The notes below the pieces were generated by a model. It searched no databases, was not told the DNA's origin, and saw nothing but the letters and a program-made list of their open reading frames with translations. Shown here one piece after another: positions 20,901 to 30,990 of a stretch of 55,608 bases of DNA (positions are counted from its first letter, which is position 1; each line of letters opens with the position of its first letter). The position numbers and the translations under genes were made by a program. Source of the stretch: a virus (lineage: Duplodnaviria > Caudoviricetes); IMG/VR virus record IMGVR_UViG_3300012920_000048, positions 1 to 55,608 of that record; one strand, written 5' to 3'.

Positions 20901-23900
20901 CCCTGAGAAAAAACATGCTAGACCATTCTTTGCAATGGAAAACATAGATAACAGAATATTCTCGGGTATTAATACTAATGCCACAGTAGCAGGAACAGAG
21001 CTAAAATTAACAGGCAATACAATATCATTACCATACAATAGAATGGTATTAACACAACAACAGCAAGCTTCTCAAACTGAGAACTTGACAAAAGAATTGT
21101 TATTCCAATATGCAGGGGAGATGACACTATCACCAGATGTCGATAACTTCGTAGACACAGCAATACAACCTGCAGTCAATGTAAACTTTGACGGAAACTA
21201 TGACGCGTGGGAGAACATGGCAGAGGCTTGGGGAACACAATGGGGTTCATGGGAAGACTCAGGCGCTGCCAATGTTACATCAGTTACTGAAACAGCACAG
21301 TTTATTAATACTGGCGGAGGCTCAGGAGCTGGTGCGTCATTTACTACTACAACAACACAACAAACACAAGTAAGACAAGGTATAGGTCTAAATGTACAAG
21401 CATCAACAGAGACTCAATCATTAGGCGAGAAGGTTGTAGATGTAGCATTTGCTCCATTTATGAGAAGTCGAATGATTACAGCGACATGTACTAGACTAAG
21501 ACCTGAAACAAGAGTATATCCGTTCTTTGATGGAGAGGATGTATCAGATAATTGTACGATGGCAGACGGCAGTACAACTACATTAACAACAGATGCAGAC
21601 GGAAAAATAACAGTACTCTTTACAATACCTCAAGGAAGATTTAAAACAGGATCTAGGATATTTAAATTAACAAATAGCTCTACAAATTCTGAGAAAAATA
21701 TTACGACAACATGTAATGCAGTTTACGAGTCATCTGGTTTTATACAACAAAAACAAGATACAATCGTAGGAATGAAAACTGCTAATGTTAGCTCAACAGA
21801 ATTTTCAGATTCAAGAACATTAACAGATGTAAGCACAAGTTTTAGTGTTGGAGCAGGTACACCTTTACCTCCTCCCCCACCACCTGTTATTGTTAATAAC
21901 CCGGTACCGGTTCCAGTACCCACAACAGTTTTTGTACCACAACCTGTACCACAACCACCGGTGATTGTAATTTCACCTGTACCGGCACCACCTATACCGC
22001 CGGTACCGGTACCACCTCCACCGGTAGTACCACCGGTTACAACGCAACCGCCGACACCGGTTCCGGCACCGCCTAATCCGGCGCCACCACCTCCGGTACC
22101 ACCGCCCCCACCACCGAGTCCGGAGCCAACACCTGCGCCAACACCTGCGCCGACGGAACCGCCGGTTGTTACACAAGATTTGGAAACAGTTAGAGCAAAT
22201 GTTAGAAGGTGGATACGACAAGGCCGTTTCAGAATGGGCGATCCTTTAGCACAAACATTTGTTGTGCCTAATATACCAGGCGGTGTGTTTATTACTGATG
22301 TAGAAATATACTTTAAGAACAAACCATCATCAGGTAATAACGGTGTTACAATGCAAATTAGAGAAGTTATTAATGGTGTGCCAGGAGCTCGTATACTTCC
22401 TAATGGAACAAAAAGATTAGAAAGAGCAGATATTAATACTTCACAAGAAAGTGAAGGTGTAACAACATTTGTAGGAACGACATTTACATTTGACGATCCT
22501 GTTTATTTACAACCAGATCAAGAATATTGTTTTGTTCCTAAACCAGAAAATGACGAAGCAGGATATGATATTTGGATTTCTGAATTAGGAGAAAACCAAG
22601 TAGGTACAACAGAAAGAATTTCTAAACAACCACATGGTGGTATGATGTTTACTTCAGCTAATGATAGAACATGGAGCGCTCATCAGGCAAAAGACATCAT
22701 GTTTAACATACATAGAGCAACATTTAAAACAGGAAAAGTAAGTGGTAAAGTAACTAATAAAGACTTTGACTATGTAAACTTTAGTGAGTATAGCACAGGT
22801 TCAGCAATTAACTGGGACGCTGGTACTCACCTAGTAGGATTTACACCTACAATTACATCAGGAGGATCAGGATATTCTAGTGCTCCTACAGTTACAGTTG
22901 ATAACAGTAATACAAATGGAACAGGCTTGACAATGACAGCAACAATATCTGGAGGAGCAGTAACAGCTCTAACAGTTACAAGTCCTGGATCAGGGTACAC
23001 AAGTGCACCTACTATTACAATAGGAGCAGGAACAACGACAGCAACGGCAACACTTACATTACAACAAGGTAAAGTAGTTAATTACGATTCATTAAATGAA
23101 CAAGTAACATTAGACAGAACAGCAGATACATTACCATTTACAGTAGGACAAAGAATAGGTAATACACAAGGAAGTGCTTTAATAGGTTCATTTACAGATA
23201 AAATTATTAATGAAGTTGCACTAAACGCAGGCCTACTATTGCCTCATGTATTAACTACTGCAACAGCTTGTATTTCAATTAATGAAACAGGCGCATCGGA
23301 TGCTGTTTCTAAAACAGGTATTACAGAAGCATATACAGAATTAGACTTCAATACTACAACAGCATTAGAAAAAGAACATACTATTTACAGTAGATCTAAT
23401 GAAATGTCTACTTACAATAGTGATAAAACATCGTTGTTGGAAATAGAACTAGGATCTGATTTAGAAAACACCAGTCCTATATTATCACTAGAACAATTAG
23501 ATACTCTAGGAATAGTTAATAGAATTAATAATGATGCCACAGATGAAGACACAAGATTCAAAGGTAACGCAGAATCTAGATATATTACAAGAAGAGTAAT
23601 ATTAGAAGATGGCCAAGATGCTGAAGATATTTGTGTATACTTAGACGCAGCAGTTCCTAATGAAGGCAGCTTAAAAGTATATGCTAAATTACAAAACGCA
23701 GCAGATGAAGGAAACTTCCAGGAAGATTTAAGTTGGATAGAATTATCATCACAAACACCTCCATTTGAATCTACTGAAGATTTTGCAGAATACAAATATG
23801 GATTACCTCTTAAAGGCTCGAACGCAGCAGGACTAGACGGAGGTACACCTTCAGTCTTTGAATACGATGTAAAATGTGTTCAAAGTATTGCAGTGGGTGC

Positions 23901-24216
23901 AGGAGGAAGTGGTTATAGTGTATCACCTACAGTTACAATAACTGGCGGTGGTGGTTATGGCGCACAAGCAGAAGCAACAGTTTCAGGCGGTGCCATTACA
24001 GCAATTACGGTTACAAATCCTGGCCGTGAATATACAAGTGCACCAACAGTTACAATTACAGACTCTAGTGGATCAAGTGCTACGGCAACTGCTACAGTAG
24101 GTACAGTAACACATACAGGATTTAAAACATTCGCTATTAAGGTAGTGCCTTTAAGTACGACAACATCTAAGTGTCCTAAGTTTAAAGACTTAAGAGCTAT
24201 AGCATTGCAGGCATAA
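17926..24216 (+). CDS. Large VrlC/DUF4815-type virion structural protein (2096 aa)
   Basis: [95 protein letters not shown]. Confidence 0.85.
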   Translation: MALNLNTSPYYDDFSDDKRFHRILFKPGVPVQARELTQLQTILQDQMEKGFGFVLQEGAVITGCAESQRTIDWVKVNDTDASATTINNTDLTKYLNKVVLGSVTGLKAKITSVETGSVGEAPNLKTLYVKYLSETETHTSFEPSETLTVITLNEETQEANDAGTNLNGATFVVNSLEDNTTQAGGPVGTTTDITLEPGIIHARGSFIKTDKITARVDRYNTRLAKHVGFVITEAVTQAATDTTLLDPAQGSFNYNAPGADRLKYTVELKSLDASATKPENFYSYAHFINGEIQRVHLKDNPLAGLGDILANRTYDESGNYLVRGNSVTLREHLNENDNGGLFTSGNNGSRAALVVSVDPGVSYVGGFKRELLSSKRIPIMKPGHFITKESQPISTSYGNYIEIEDVSGIWDVDGGAEIKIYNAVQNQNASPQGSEIGKAKVRQLVYSSGTAPTAVYRLYVYDVEMINGEFKDARGIRYSATNGGIADLVLNTPNAAGTANQQPGIKESKVNKLVYRLPYKHIKTLKAETGSTYDYTFQYQKEFDVTLDSTNGSATLTVSGSETFPYSGVLTETQKQDFICIATAAFNQTSGPSGGTIAAGEYIDLSSGSSTATVTVNSATSITIDTGGAITSGSGNIKVYVPVQVADGTPVAKALLQDRYVKIDTGTNSAGTTGEYNIGVSDLYKVQQITAGTNSDYTTGQVDVTAQFRVVDGQSDNYIGHAKIVKKNNSTLDLATNRYIVVKYSFFEHTVSGPSFACVDSYPVDDTSSPAANTIRTEDIPVFQSQKYGTFSLRDAVDFRPVITATATNTSTLGSATVNPGNERNISRPGSGLTNPKPTKTFATDLQYYQGKKLRVVLDFDGEYRIIEGTYGDDPKLPAEPARTMTLAEVDLKPYPSLSPQLGRQKAKPEYTNVIKNVSQRRYTMKNIGALEQRIKNLEYYSSLNLLENYAKDMTIVTEGGTDRFKNGILVDPFTGHNVGSVLDPHYRISIDPEKKHARPFFAMENIDNRIFSGINTNATVAGTELKLTGNTISLPYNRMVLTQQQQASQTENLTKELLFQYAGEMTLSPDVDNFVDTAIQPAVNVNFDGNYDAWENMAEAWGTQWGSWEDSGAANVTSVTETAQFINTGGGSGAGASFTTTTTQQTQVRQGIGLNVQASTETQSLGEKVVDVAFAPFMRSRMITATCTRLRPETRVYPFFDGEDVSDNCTMADGSTTTLTTDADGKITVLFTIPQGRFKTGSRIFKLTNSSTNSEKNITTTCNAVYESSGFIQQKQDTIVGMKTANVSSTEFSDSRTLTDVSTSFSVGAGTPLPPPPPPVIVNNPVPVPVPTTVFVPQPVPQPPVIVISPVPAPPIPPVPVPPPPVVPPVTTQPPTPVPAPPNPAPPPPVPPPPPPSPEPTPAPTPAPTEPPVVTQDLETVRANVRRWIRQGRFRMGDPLAQTFVVPNIPGGVFITDVEIYFKNKPSSGNNGVTMQIREVINGVPGARILPNGTKRLERADINTSQESEGVTTFVGTTFTFDDPVYLQPDQEYCFVPKPENDEAGYDIWISELGENQVGTTERISKQPHGGMMFTSANDRTWSAHQAKDIMFNIHRATFKTGKVSGKVTNKDFDYVNFSEYSTGSAINWDAGTHLVGFTPTITSGGSGYSSAPTVTVDNSNTNGTGLTMTATISGGAVTALTVTSPGSGYTSAPTITIGAGTTTATATLTLQQGKVVNYDSLNEQVTLDRTADTLPFTVGQRIGNTQGSALIGSFTDKIINEVALNAGLLLPHVLTTATACISINETGASDAVSKTGITEAYTELDFNTTTALEKEHTIYSRSNEMSTYNSDKTSLLEIELGSDLENTSPILSLEQLDTLGIVNRINNDATDEDTRFKGNAESRYITRRVILEDGQDAEDICVYLDAAVPNEGSLKVYAKLQNAADEGNFQEDLSWIELSSQTPPFESTEDFAEYKYGLPLKGSNAAGLDGGTPSVFEYDVKCVQSIAVGAGGSGYSVSPTVTITGGGGYGAQAEATVSGGAITAITVTNPGREYTSAPTVTITDSSGSSATATATVGTVTHTGFKTFAIKVVPLSTTTSKCPKFKDLRAIALQA
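21862..22166 (+). repeat. Proline-rich low-complexity insert (~100 aa)
   Basis: [18 protein letters not shown]...[15 protein letters not shown]; locally GC-rich with many CCG codons. Confidence 0.9.
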
Positions 24217-24217
24217 G

Positions 24218-24448
24218 ATGAATAAGTTACCAACAGGCATTATAAATATTGAGGGAGAAAAAGATCTTGTAAGAGATCGTAACTCAAAAGCTTTATTAAA
24301 TACTAATTTAGAAAGTCTTAAGGCATATAAAATTAAAAGAAATGCAAATCTTAAGATAGTAGAGTATGAAAATGATATAAATACTTTAAAGACTGAATTA
24401 GTTGAAATAAAGAAAACTTTAGAACTTTTAGTCAACAAAATTACATAG
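24218..24448 (+). CDS. Hypothetical small coiled-coil protein
   Basis: LVRDRNSKALLNTN plus a heptad-pattern C-terminus; follows the VrlC-like gene. Confidence 0.75.
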   Translation: MNKLPTGIINIEGEKDLVRDRNSKALLNTNLESLKAYKIKRNANLKIVEYENDINTLKTELVEIKKTLELLVNKIT

Positions 24449-24456
24449 GAAGAAAC

Positions 24457-24987
24457 ATGGCAACTTTAACATTAAGATCAGCAAAAGGTAGTCCTCTTAC
24501 TAACAATGAGGTTGACGCTAACTTTACCAATCTTAATACTGACAAATACGAATCAGGATCTAATGTATCTTTAGGTACAATTTCTGGTACGACTGTTAAT
24601 GTTACTTCTGTAACTACAACAGCAGGTTTAACAGTAGGAGGTTCTTCTACATTAAGCACATCTGCTACAGTATCAGCAGCAGGTTCAGACCAGTCAGGTG
24701 CTACAGCACTAACTAATTCGTATAATATTGTTACAACTGCTACAGCTAACCAGGGTGTAAAACTTCCTGATTGTGCAGCAGGTTTGGAAGCTTTTCTTTT
24801 GAATGACACGGCAGTTAATCTTAAAGTTTACCCAGCATCAGGCGAATCTGTTGATAGTGGATCAGCCAATGTTGCAGTAGATTTAGCGCCAGGACATTCA
24901 TTGAAATTGGTAGGAGTAAGCGCAACAAAATGGAACAGGCTAAGTCCTGTAATCATTTACAACTCATCGGGAACAAGAGTAAATTAA
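24457..24987 (+). CDS. Short fibre/adaptor protein
   Basis: N-terminal LRSAKGSPLTNNEVDANFTNLN, a fibre-type start; C-terminal IYNSSGTRVN. Confidence 0.6.
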   Translation: MATLTLRSAKGSPLTNNEVDANFTNLNTDKYESGSNVSLGTISGTTVNVTSVTTTAGLTVGGSSTLSTSATVSAAGSDQSGATALTNSYNIVTTATANQGVKLPDCAAGLEAFLLNDTAVNLKVYPASGESVDSGSANVAVDLAPGHSLKLVGVSATKWNRLSPVIIYNSSGTRVN

Positions 24988-25002
24988 TAGGAAACGATAG
25001 GA

Positions 25003-26283
25003 ATGAGACCTCTAAGAATTAAAGCATCAGCATATCCAGTAAGTTCAGGTAACTTACAGGGTTTGCAAGAAATGACAGATTCAGAAATAGAACAGTATTA
25101 CAGTGCTATTTTAACATTAGATTTCGCAGATAATACAGATGGTTCTGGTACTGCGGAAATTAATATCAATGGAGGAACAGGAACTTCTATCGGAACAGCA
25201 ACCGATACAAAAAGAGATGACGCAGTAGGAACACACCCAACAGACGGTGCAAGTTCTACGGTTACTACTTATACAGCTAAACAAATAGAAACAGCAGCGT
25301 CAGAAAGTATTACTAACAGACCTTTAGGATATGTATCCTCAGGTACAGTTGGAATGCACGAGTTCGACGATACAGAATTAGACACAGACATTTTAGATAA
25401 AGTCGTAGATGATTTTGTTGCACAAGGCGATTATACTGTAGGACAATATAAACTATCTACAAGCTCACCTTCAGGTGGTACTTGGACTTCTCGTTACACA
25501 TTGGTAAACACAGAAGTAGATGGTACAAGCACAAGTTATTACATTTGGCAAAAGACAGCAGCTACAACATCAGCAGTAGCTAATTACAAACCACTTAAAG
25601 TAACAGGTGGTGGAGCTGGTGTTCAAGAAATGACTGTTGCTGAAATGGAACAAATTGTTCCTAATTTAAGAAACTACATGATTTCTAGTGGTAAAGGGAA
25701 ATATGTATTACAAGCAGCAGCTCCAGGTTCAGGTACTTGGGTTGATCAAGGTTCATTTATTGATACAAAGAAAGAAGTAGCAGCACAAAACTATACAGGT
25801 TCTTATGAAGGAACATACACAGGGTCTTATACAGGTGGTTATACAGGTGCCAAAAACTACGCAGGCACATATACAGGTGCCAAATCTTATTCAGGAAGTT
25901 ATGTAGGAACCTCAGGTTATGCAGGCACATACACAGGAACCTCAGGTTATTCCGGTACATATTCAGGTGACTACACAGGAAACTATGCTGCCAACTATTC
26001 AGGTTATGCAGGTACATCTTACGCAGGCACATACGCTGGCTCATATACAGGGTACTATACAGGTGCCAAAAACTATACAGGTTATTACACAGGTGCTAAA
26101 ACATATGGCGGAACTTATGTAGGCACATCAAACTATGCAGGCACATACACAGGAACATCTGCTTATTCCGGTTCATATTCAGGTAACTACACAGGTTATT
26201 ACTCAGGCACATATTCAGGCGATACAATTCAAAGTTCAAATGAAACAGTCAGTACGGTAAAACTGTGGCTTAGAACTGCTTAA
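25003..26283 (+). CDS. Putative fibre protein with a Tyr-x-Gly repeat array
   Basis: 426-aa ORF with 32 consecutive Y-initiated units near the C-terminus. Confidence 0.65.
   Translation: MRPLRIKASAYPVSSGNLQGLQEMTDSEIEQYYSAILTLDFADNTDGSGTAEININGGTGTSIGTATDTKRDDAVGTHPTDGASSTVTTYTAKQIETAASESITNRPLGYVSSGTVGMHEFDDTELDTDILDKVVDDFVAQGDYTVGQYKLSTSSPSGGTWTSRYTLVNTEVDGTSTSYYIWQKTAATTSAVANYKPLKVTGGGAGVQEMTVAEMEQIVPNLRNYMISSGKGKYVLQAAAPGSGTWVDQGSFIDTKKEVAAQNYTGSYEGTYTGSYTGGYTGAKNYAGTYTGAKSYSGSYVGTSGYAGTYTGTSGYSGTYSGDYTGNYAANYSGYAGTSYAGTYAGSYTGYYTGAKNYTGYYTGAKTYGGTYVGTSNYAGTYTGTSAYSGSYSGNYTGYYSGTYSGDTIQSSNETVSTVKLWLRTA
25792..26223 (+). repeat. YxG(x/xxx) coding repeat, 32 units
   Basis: TA(T/C)nnnGGn repeats with 12/18-nt period; units 5-14 and 21-30 are near duplicates. 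Confidence 0.92.
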
Positions 26284-26290
26284 TTAGCAG

Positions 26291-26298
26291 TATAAATA
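26291..26298 (+). promoter_or_regulatory. T4-type late promoter
   Basis: Intergenic TATAAATA followed by GGAG SD and ATG at 26320. Confidence 0.8.
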
Positions 26299-26319
26299 AA
26301 CTTACATTATGGAGATATT

Positions 26320-26904
26320 ATGGCAAACGAAAATGTCGTTCTTGAGATTGATCCTAGTAATATAACAACAGTCCAAGACGAACCCAAGAAAAGAAATTTT
26401 GTTTACAAAGATCCTTATTGGTCTAATAAGGATGCCAAACATATGATCGTAACTCTTGAATACGAAGATGGTAGAAAGTCTACAGCATCTATTCAAGACA
26501 AAGACGGCACAAATCCAGATTACAAAGCAATACTAGAAGAGTTTGGTGAAGAAGTATTAGATAATAACACAGCAGAAGGTGTTAGACGTCGTGATGAACA
26601 AGTTAAGAAAAGACTACAAAGAAAAGAAACAGAAGCAGTTAGGGCTAGACAAGAAGCATTGTTTGGTGCTAAGTTACAAGCATTTGAAATAGATAAAATT
26701 AAACATTCATCTAATGTAGAATTGAAAAGACTTATTCGTAAGGCAAAAACACCTTTGGAAGTTACATCTTATACAACAATTTTATTATTAGATGACTTTA
26801 TGAATAACAAAACTGTAACAGACTTGTGGGACGAAACTCCAAATCTAATACAGAAATTGAAAGAAGTTGCGGAAGTAGTTTTTGATGAAAGAGATAAATC
26901 CTAA
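26320..26904 (+). CDS. Hypothetical protein, possible fibre assembly chaperone
   Basis: Directly follows the fibre gene; DPYWSNKDAKHMIVTL loosely resembles fibre-chaperone N-termini (inference). Confidence 0.5.
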   Translation: MANENVVLEIDPSNITTVQDEPKKRNFVYKDPYWSNKDAKHMIVTLEYEDGRKSTASIQDKDGTNPDYKAILEEFGEEVLDNNTAEGVRRRDEQVKKRLQRKETEAVRARQEALFGAKLQAFEIDKIKHSSNVELKRLIRKAKTPLEVTSYTTILLLDDFMNNKTVTDLWDETPNLIQKLKEVAEVVFDERDKS

Positions 26905-27637
26905 AGATTTTCCTGAGAACGGATTTGTAATTGTAGCATCGTTAAAGGAAAGATTTTATAAAGCAGCAATAGAATGTGCAGAGTCAGTTAAATTATTTTG
27001 GCCTGAAGCACATATTACAGTATTCGTAGATCATGAAGAATGGATCAAACCATCTGATTACAATGTAGCAGATTATATTGTACATTGGGAAGTACCTAAA
27101 CATATTAGAGCTAAACTATGGGCATTAGGTAACACACCTTATAAAGGTATTACATGTTACTTAGATGCAGACATGTATTGTCAACATGAAGATGTAGAAT
27201 TTATATTTGATCAACTGCCTGATGATTTAGATTTATTGTTTACAAAAATTAGACCTTACAATGCTAAGGTAACTAAACTTACAAACACAGAAGAAATGAC
27301 AGCACATTGTGGCATGTTCTTATATAGAAACAATCCTCATACAATTAAACTTATGGAAGATTGGTATGGAGAATATGTTAAACAAAATCTTAGAGATCCT
27401 AAAGGTGGTTGGGTACATGAATTGGGAGGCGACTATCCTAGTGATGTAAGAAAGTGGGATACTTTTACAATGTGGCGACTACTTACATACGGAGATGGAG
27501 ATGTAAAGTGGAGAGACGATTTACATATTAGATGGAATTTTATTAATGGACATTTAGATAGTGAACTTGAAGGTGAAGAAATAGTTTTTTGGCATTACAC
27601 TATCCCACAACACGAAATACACTTGAAGAGAAAATAA
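26885..27637 (+). CDS. GT-A fold glycosyltransferase
   Basis: RAKLWALGNTPY, YLDAD (DxD), HCGMFLY, WDTFTMW, RWNF, FWHYT; ATG at 26885 preferred over TTG at 26882. Confidence 0.75.
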   Translation: MKEINPKDFPENGFVIVASLKERFYKAAIECAESVKLFWPEAHITVFVDHEEWIKPSDYNVADYIVHWEVPKHIRAKLWALGNTPYKGITCYLDADMYCQHEDVEFIFDQLPDDLDLLFTKIRPYNAKVTKLTNTEEMTAHCGMFLYRNNPHTIKLMEDWYGEYVKQNLRDPKGGWVHELGGDYPSDVRKWDTFTMWRLLTYGDGDVKWRDDLHIRWNFINGHLDSELEGEEIVFWHYTIPQHEIHLKRK

Positions 27638-28284
27638 TGAAATGGATTAATATGTCAGATGAGATACTAGATATGTTGAATCCATATACCGATTGGTTTT
27701 TCAAACAAGATACAACTTGGTTAGACGAAAAATCTAAAGAACACGAAAAGAATACAAGTACATTAGAACATGCCTGTTCAGATGATTATCTAAAAGAGAT
27801 AGTAGAAAAAGATGGTAGGCATGAAGGATATCCTGAGATATCATACAGTTTTGATCTTGCCTCAAGAACTATACCAGGTGAGTTTCAAGAGAAATACAAT
27901 GAGCTAACTGATGAGCTCCTGGCATTCTTAGGTGCCAGGAACCAAGCTGTTCATGTATATTATCCTAAGAATGGATTCATGGGTTGGCACAATAACTGGA
28001 ATGCACATGGATACAATATATTATTATCATATACGAAACATGGGGGCGGGTTCTTTAAGTATAGAGATCCTGTCACCCATGAAGTAGTAGAGATGTTAGA
28101 TCCAGGTGGTTGGTCTGCGAAAGTAGGTTATTATGGCAGGGGCAGAGAACCCGATAAAGTCTACTATCATTGTGCTGGAACACACGAACCGAGACTCACA
28201 TTAGGGTTCGTAGTACCCAATTTGGACATTTGGCGGTCCATGATTGAGGATATTTCTGGAGAAGATGCCTCACATTTCTCCTAA
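27637..28284 (+). CDS. 2OG-Fe(II) oxygenase/cupin-like protein
   Basis: YYPKNGFMGWHNN ... GGGFF ... YHCA ... RLTLGF fits the DSBH pattern (H-x-N in place of H-x-D); start overlaps the upstream stop (TAATG). Confidence 0.6.
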   Translation: MKWINMSDEILDMLNPYTDWFFKQDTTWLDEKSKEHEKNTSTLEHACSDDYLKEIVEKDGRHEGYPEISYSFDLASRTIPGEFQEKYNELTDELLAFLGARNQAVHVYYPKNGFMGWHNNWNAHGYNILLSYTKHGGGFFKYRDPVTHEVVEMLDPGGWSAKVGYYGRGREPDKVYYHCAGTHEPRLTLGFVVPNLDIWRSMIEDISGEDASHFS

Positions 28285-28333
28285 GTTACTGATATAACTA
28301 CAAAAAAGATTTCAAAAGATTACCCTAAAAAGG

Positions 28334-28362
28334 TTGACTTCTGGTTCCTCAGAGTGCATAAT
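28334..28362 (+). promoter_or_regulatory. Sigma70-type (early) promoter
   Basis: TTGACT-17 bp-CATAAT with an A-rich upstream tract, in a 111-bp intergenic gap. Confidence 0.7.
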
Positions 28363-28395
28363 GTATGTATATTAAATAAAAAGTGAGGACTTTAA

Positions 28396-28827
28396 ATGAT
28401 ACTAGATAACGAAGTAACAATAGCAGGCGAAACAGTTCGTAAAGAAAGATGGGGCATGGCAGCACATCACGATGAGAACAAAACTTTTACAGGTGATGTT
28501 TTATACAAAAGCCAAGTAAGAACAGCTCCAAGTGGTTATTCTTATGATAACTCCATTGAAACAAAATTCCAAGACACAGCTCAAGTAGATGGGCTTACAG
28601 TTTGGAAATCAAATGGTGAGGTTCCATTCGCAGACATGCTATTAGACTTTGTACAAATTGGTGCAATAACTTTAGAACAAGCAGAGTTCTCATTACTTCA
28701 AAAACAAAAAGATCAAAGTGCAAGTATTTCTAAACTTTACAGAGCAGACGACGGCAATATTTACTTAAGCGAAGATGCCCTAGCATATCGTAAAGAAAGA
28801 CTAGCAAAAATAGCGGAGGCAGCGTAA
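28396..28827 (+). CDS. Hypothetical protein (probable early gene)
   Basis: GAGG SD, follows the sigma70-like promoter; no motif recognised. Confidence 0.8.
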   Translation: MILDNEVTIAGETVRKERWGMAAHHDENKTFTGDVLYKSQVRTAPSGYSYDNSIETKFQDTAQVDGLTVWKSNGEVPFADMLLDFVQIGAITLEQAEFSLLQKQKDQSASISKLYRADDGNIYLSEDALAYRKERLAKIAEAA

Positions 28828-29933
28828 TGATATTTCCTTTACCAACACTCTACAAAAGAGACACGAACGGAAACATTCGTGAACTAACAGTAGAATATTC
28901 TCAGGGTGTATTGAATGCTACTCGAACTATTGCTGGTATAAAAGACGGCAACCTAGTTACAAGTGGTTGGAAAAATGCTACAGGTAAGAACACAGGCAAA
29001 GCAAATGCTACTACAGATGCTGAACAAGCACAAAAAGAAGCACAAGCAATGTGGGATAAGAAAGTAGAAAAAGAATACTTTGAAGACATTTCAAAGATTG
29101 ATACTTACGATAAGTTCAAGCCAATGTTAGCTCATGACTATGCAAAAAGGCCACAGTCAAGTGGTATTAGTCAACCTAAGTTAGATGGCATTAGATGTAT
29201 TGCAAGAAAAGATGGACTTTACACAAGAGCAGGTAAAGCAATTACAACTTGTGATCATATCTTTTTAGCACTACAACCATTCTTTGAAGAGTATCCTAAA
29301 GCTATTTTAGATGGTGAACTTTACAATCACAAATTAAAAGAAGACTTCAACAAAATTACAAGTCTTGTTAGGAAAGTAAAACCTACACAAGAAGAACAAG
29401 AAGAATGTTTTAAACTTGTTGAGTATCATGTATATGATTGTCCTTTCTGGGGTAGAGGTTTAGCTGAAACAACTCTAGATAGAATAAGTTTTATAGAAGA
29501 TCAAGAGTTTGAAAGTCCTATTGTTACAGTTCCAACAGATACTTGTGAAGATCAAGAACAGTTAGATGCTAAGTATTCACAATATACAGAAGATGGTTAC
29601 GAAGGACAAATGGTTCGTAACCATGGCGCTTACGAAAACAAAAGAAGTAAGAACTTACTGAAAAGAAAAGAGTTCATTACAGAAGAGTTTGATGTTGTAG
29701 AAGTATTAGAAGGCTCAGGTAATTGGGCAGGATATGCTAAACACTTTGTTCTTACAGACGGCACAGAAACATTTAAGAGTGGTGTAAGAGGCAATCAAGA
29801 AACACTTAAGGCTCTATTAGAACAAGAAGAGAAACCTACTTGGGTTACATGTAGATTCTTTGAAAGGTCAGTAGATAATATTCCTAGATTCCCGGTTGTA
29901 ATTGATTGGGGTGTAGGTAAGAGGGAAGACTAA
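28827..29933 (+). CDS. ATP-dependent DNA ligase
   Basis: PMLA, motif I QPKLDGIRC, LDGELY, YHVYD, GYEGQMVR, KRSKNLLKRK, PRFP; N-terminal KNTGKANATT domain. Confidence 0.9.
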   Translation: MIFPLPTLYKRDTNGNIRELTVEYSQGVLNATRTIAGIKDGNLVTSGWKNATGKNTGKANATTDAEQAQKEAQAMWDKKVEKEYFEDISKIDTYDKFKPMLAHDYAKRPQSSGISQPKLDGIRCIARKDGLYTRAGKAITTCDHIFLALQPFFEEYPKAILDGELYNHKLKEDFNKITSLVRKVKPTQEEQEECFKLVEYHVYDCPFWGRGLAETTLDRISFIEDQEFESPIVTVPTDTCEDQEQLDAKYSQYTEDGYEGQMVRNHGAYENKRSKNLLKRKEFITEEFDVVEVLEGSGNWAGYAKHFVLTDGTETFKSGVRGNQETLKALLEQEEKPTWVTCRFFERSVDNIPRFPVVIDWGVGKRED

Positions 29934-30124
29934 TGTACACATATTTAAAAGAAATCACCGATTGGGGTGAACACAAAGTCAAGAACCATACATATATCTT
30001 CAATGAGAAAGGACAGAATGTTGGTTATATTAAAACAGGAACCAAGGAAGAACTTTTTTACAAAAAACCTTCCAAGCTCTTTTCTAAATCTCGAAGGAAA
30101 TTTATTAAACTTAATCGTACTTAG
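29933..30124 (+). CDS. Hypothetical small basic protein
   Basis: TAATG-coupled to the ligase; LKEITDW, NHTY, FSKSRRKF. Confidence 0.75.
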   Translation: MYTYLKEITDWGEHKVKNHTYIFNEKGQNVGYIKTGTKEELFYKKPSKLFSKSRRKFIKLNRT

Positions 30125-30368
30125 AAAATCTTAGTCTTACAAGAGCTTTTCTTACAATAGCAATTCCAGTTAATCCTATAAAGTTAATAAACGCAGCCAT
30201 CTCAGATGAGGTGCCTGCGTAGTCAATGCAAGCCTTAATAATGAATACACTTAACGGGAACATAATAATTGCTCCTATTGCAGTATCTACTGTTGCTTCA
30301 TGTAGTGCTTTCTTTAATTTATTATTTTGTACCAATTGCCATAAATCTGTCATAGTAAACTTTCCCAT
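30111..30368 (-). CDS. Small two-TM membrane protein (start uncertain)
   Basis: Two hydrophobic segments (TAIGAIIMFPLSVFII; AAFINFIGLTGIAIV) and a basic tail; last gene of the minus-strand operon. Confidence 0.6.
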   Translation of the reverse strand: MGKFTMTDLWQLVQNNKLKKALHEATVDTAIGAIIMFPLSVFIIKACIDYAGTSSEMAAFINFIGLTGIAIVRKALVRLRFSKYD

Positions 30369-30990
30369 TCCAATCGTAATAGAATTGTTTTACTTTGCCG
30401 GTATAACTGACGTCTTTCAATCCGGCATTTTCAATTAACGCTTTCTCACTATCAACACAATTAATGCCATACATTTCTTCTATAACATTTGAATTCTGTA
30501 CAGCAAATACAGCGTGTTTGTTTGCTGTTTTTAAATCTTTCAAAGGATACATCTGTTCTGCTCCCATTGTAATAACTACATCAACCTTTAGTTGATTTAA
30601 TTCATCAAATGCGAACGGAATATCCATGTTCCAGTGATTTATTTTTATGTATTCTTCTGCTATATAATGCTTATTAAACACCTTAGAGAGCTCTAAAGCT
30701 TCTTTATCGATGTCAACTAGGTGCATTTCTCCCACGGACAAGTTCTCACATAAGAGAGGAACTAAAGGTATCCCTAACCAGCTGTTTAAGATAAGAATGT
30801 TAAACTGCTCGTCTTTCATATAGTCATCTAAACTATTCTTTAGTTCTTCCACCAGCCATATACCAGCTTCCATAGTATTAGGATTCAATGCTTGTCTAAA
30901 GTCATCATGTTTATGTTTCATTTCATGCTCTACTTTAGCGAGAGCATCGCCCCAATGTTGTAAATTATTTAAAAAATTAAAATTTAACAT
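30322..30990 (-). CDS. Class I SAM-methyltransferase-like protein (degenerate motif I)
   Basis: ILILNSWLG (motif I position), LVDID, DVVITMGAEQM, AVQNSN, INCV, RFMAIG; start moved to ATG 30990. Confidence 0.55.
   Translation of the reverse strand: MLNFNFLNNLQHWGDALAKVEHEMKHKHDDFRQALNPNTMEAGIWLVEELKNSLDDYMKDEQFNILILNSWLGIPLVPLLCENLSVGEMHLVDIDKEALELSKVFNKHYIAEEYIKINHWNMDIPFAFDELNQLKVDVVITMGAEQMYPLKDLKTANKHAVFAVQNSNVIEEMYGINCVDSEKALIENAGLKDVSYTGKVKQFYYDWNGKVYYDRFMAIGTK

Noticed and set aside
21723-22322. Gly-rich and Arg/Trp-rich minus-strand ORFs
   Set aside because: Shadows of the polyproline insert.
15647-24248. Intragenic TATAAATA at 15647-15654 and 24241-24248
   Set aside because: Each is ~200 nt upstream of a gene and could be real, but they lie in coding AT-rich DNA where chance matches are expected; not called.
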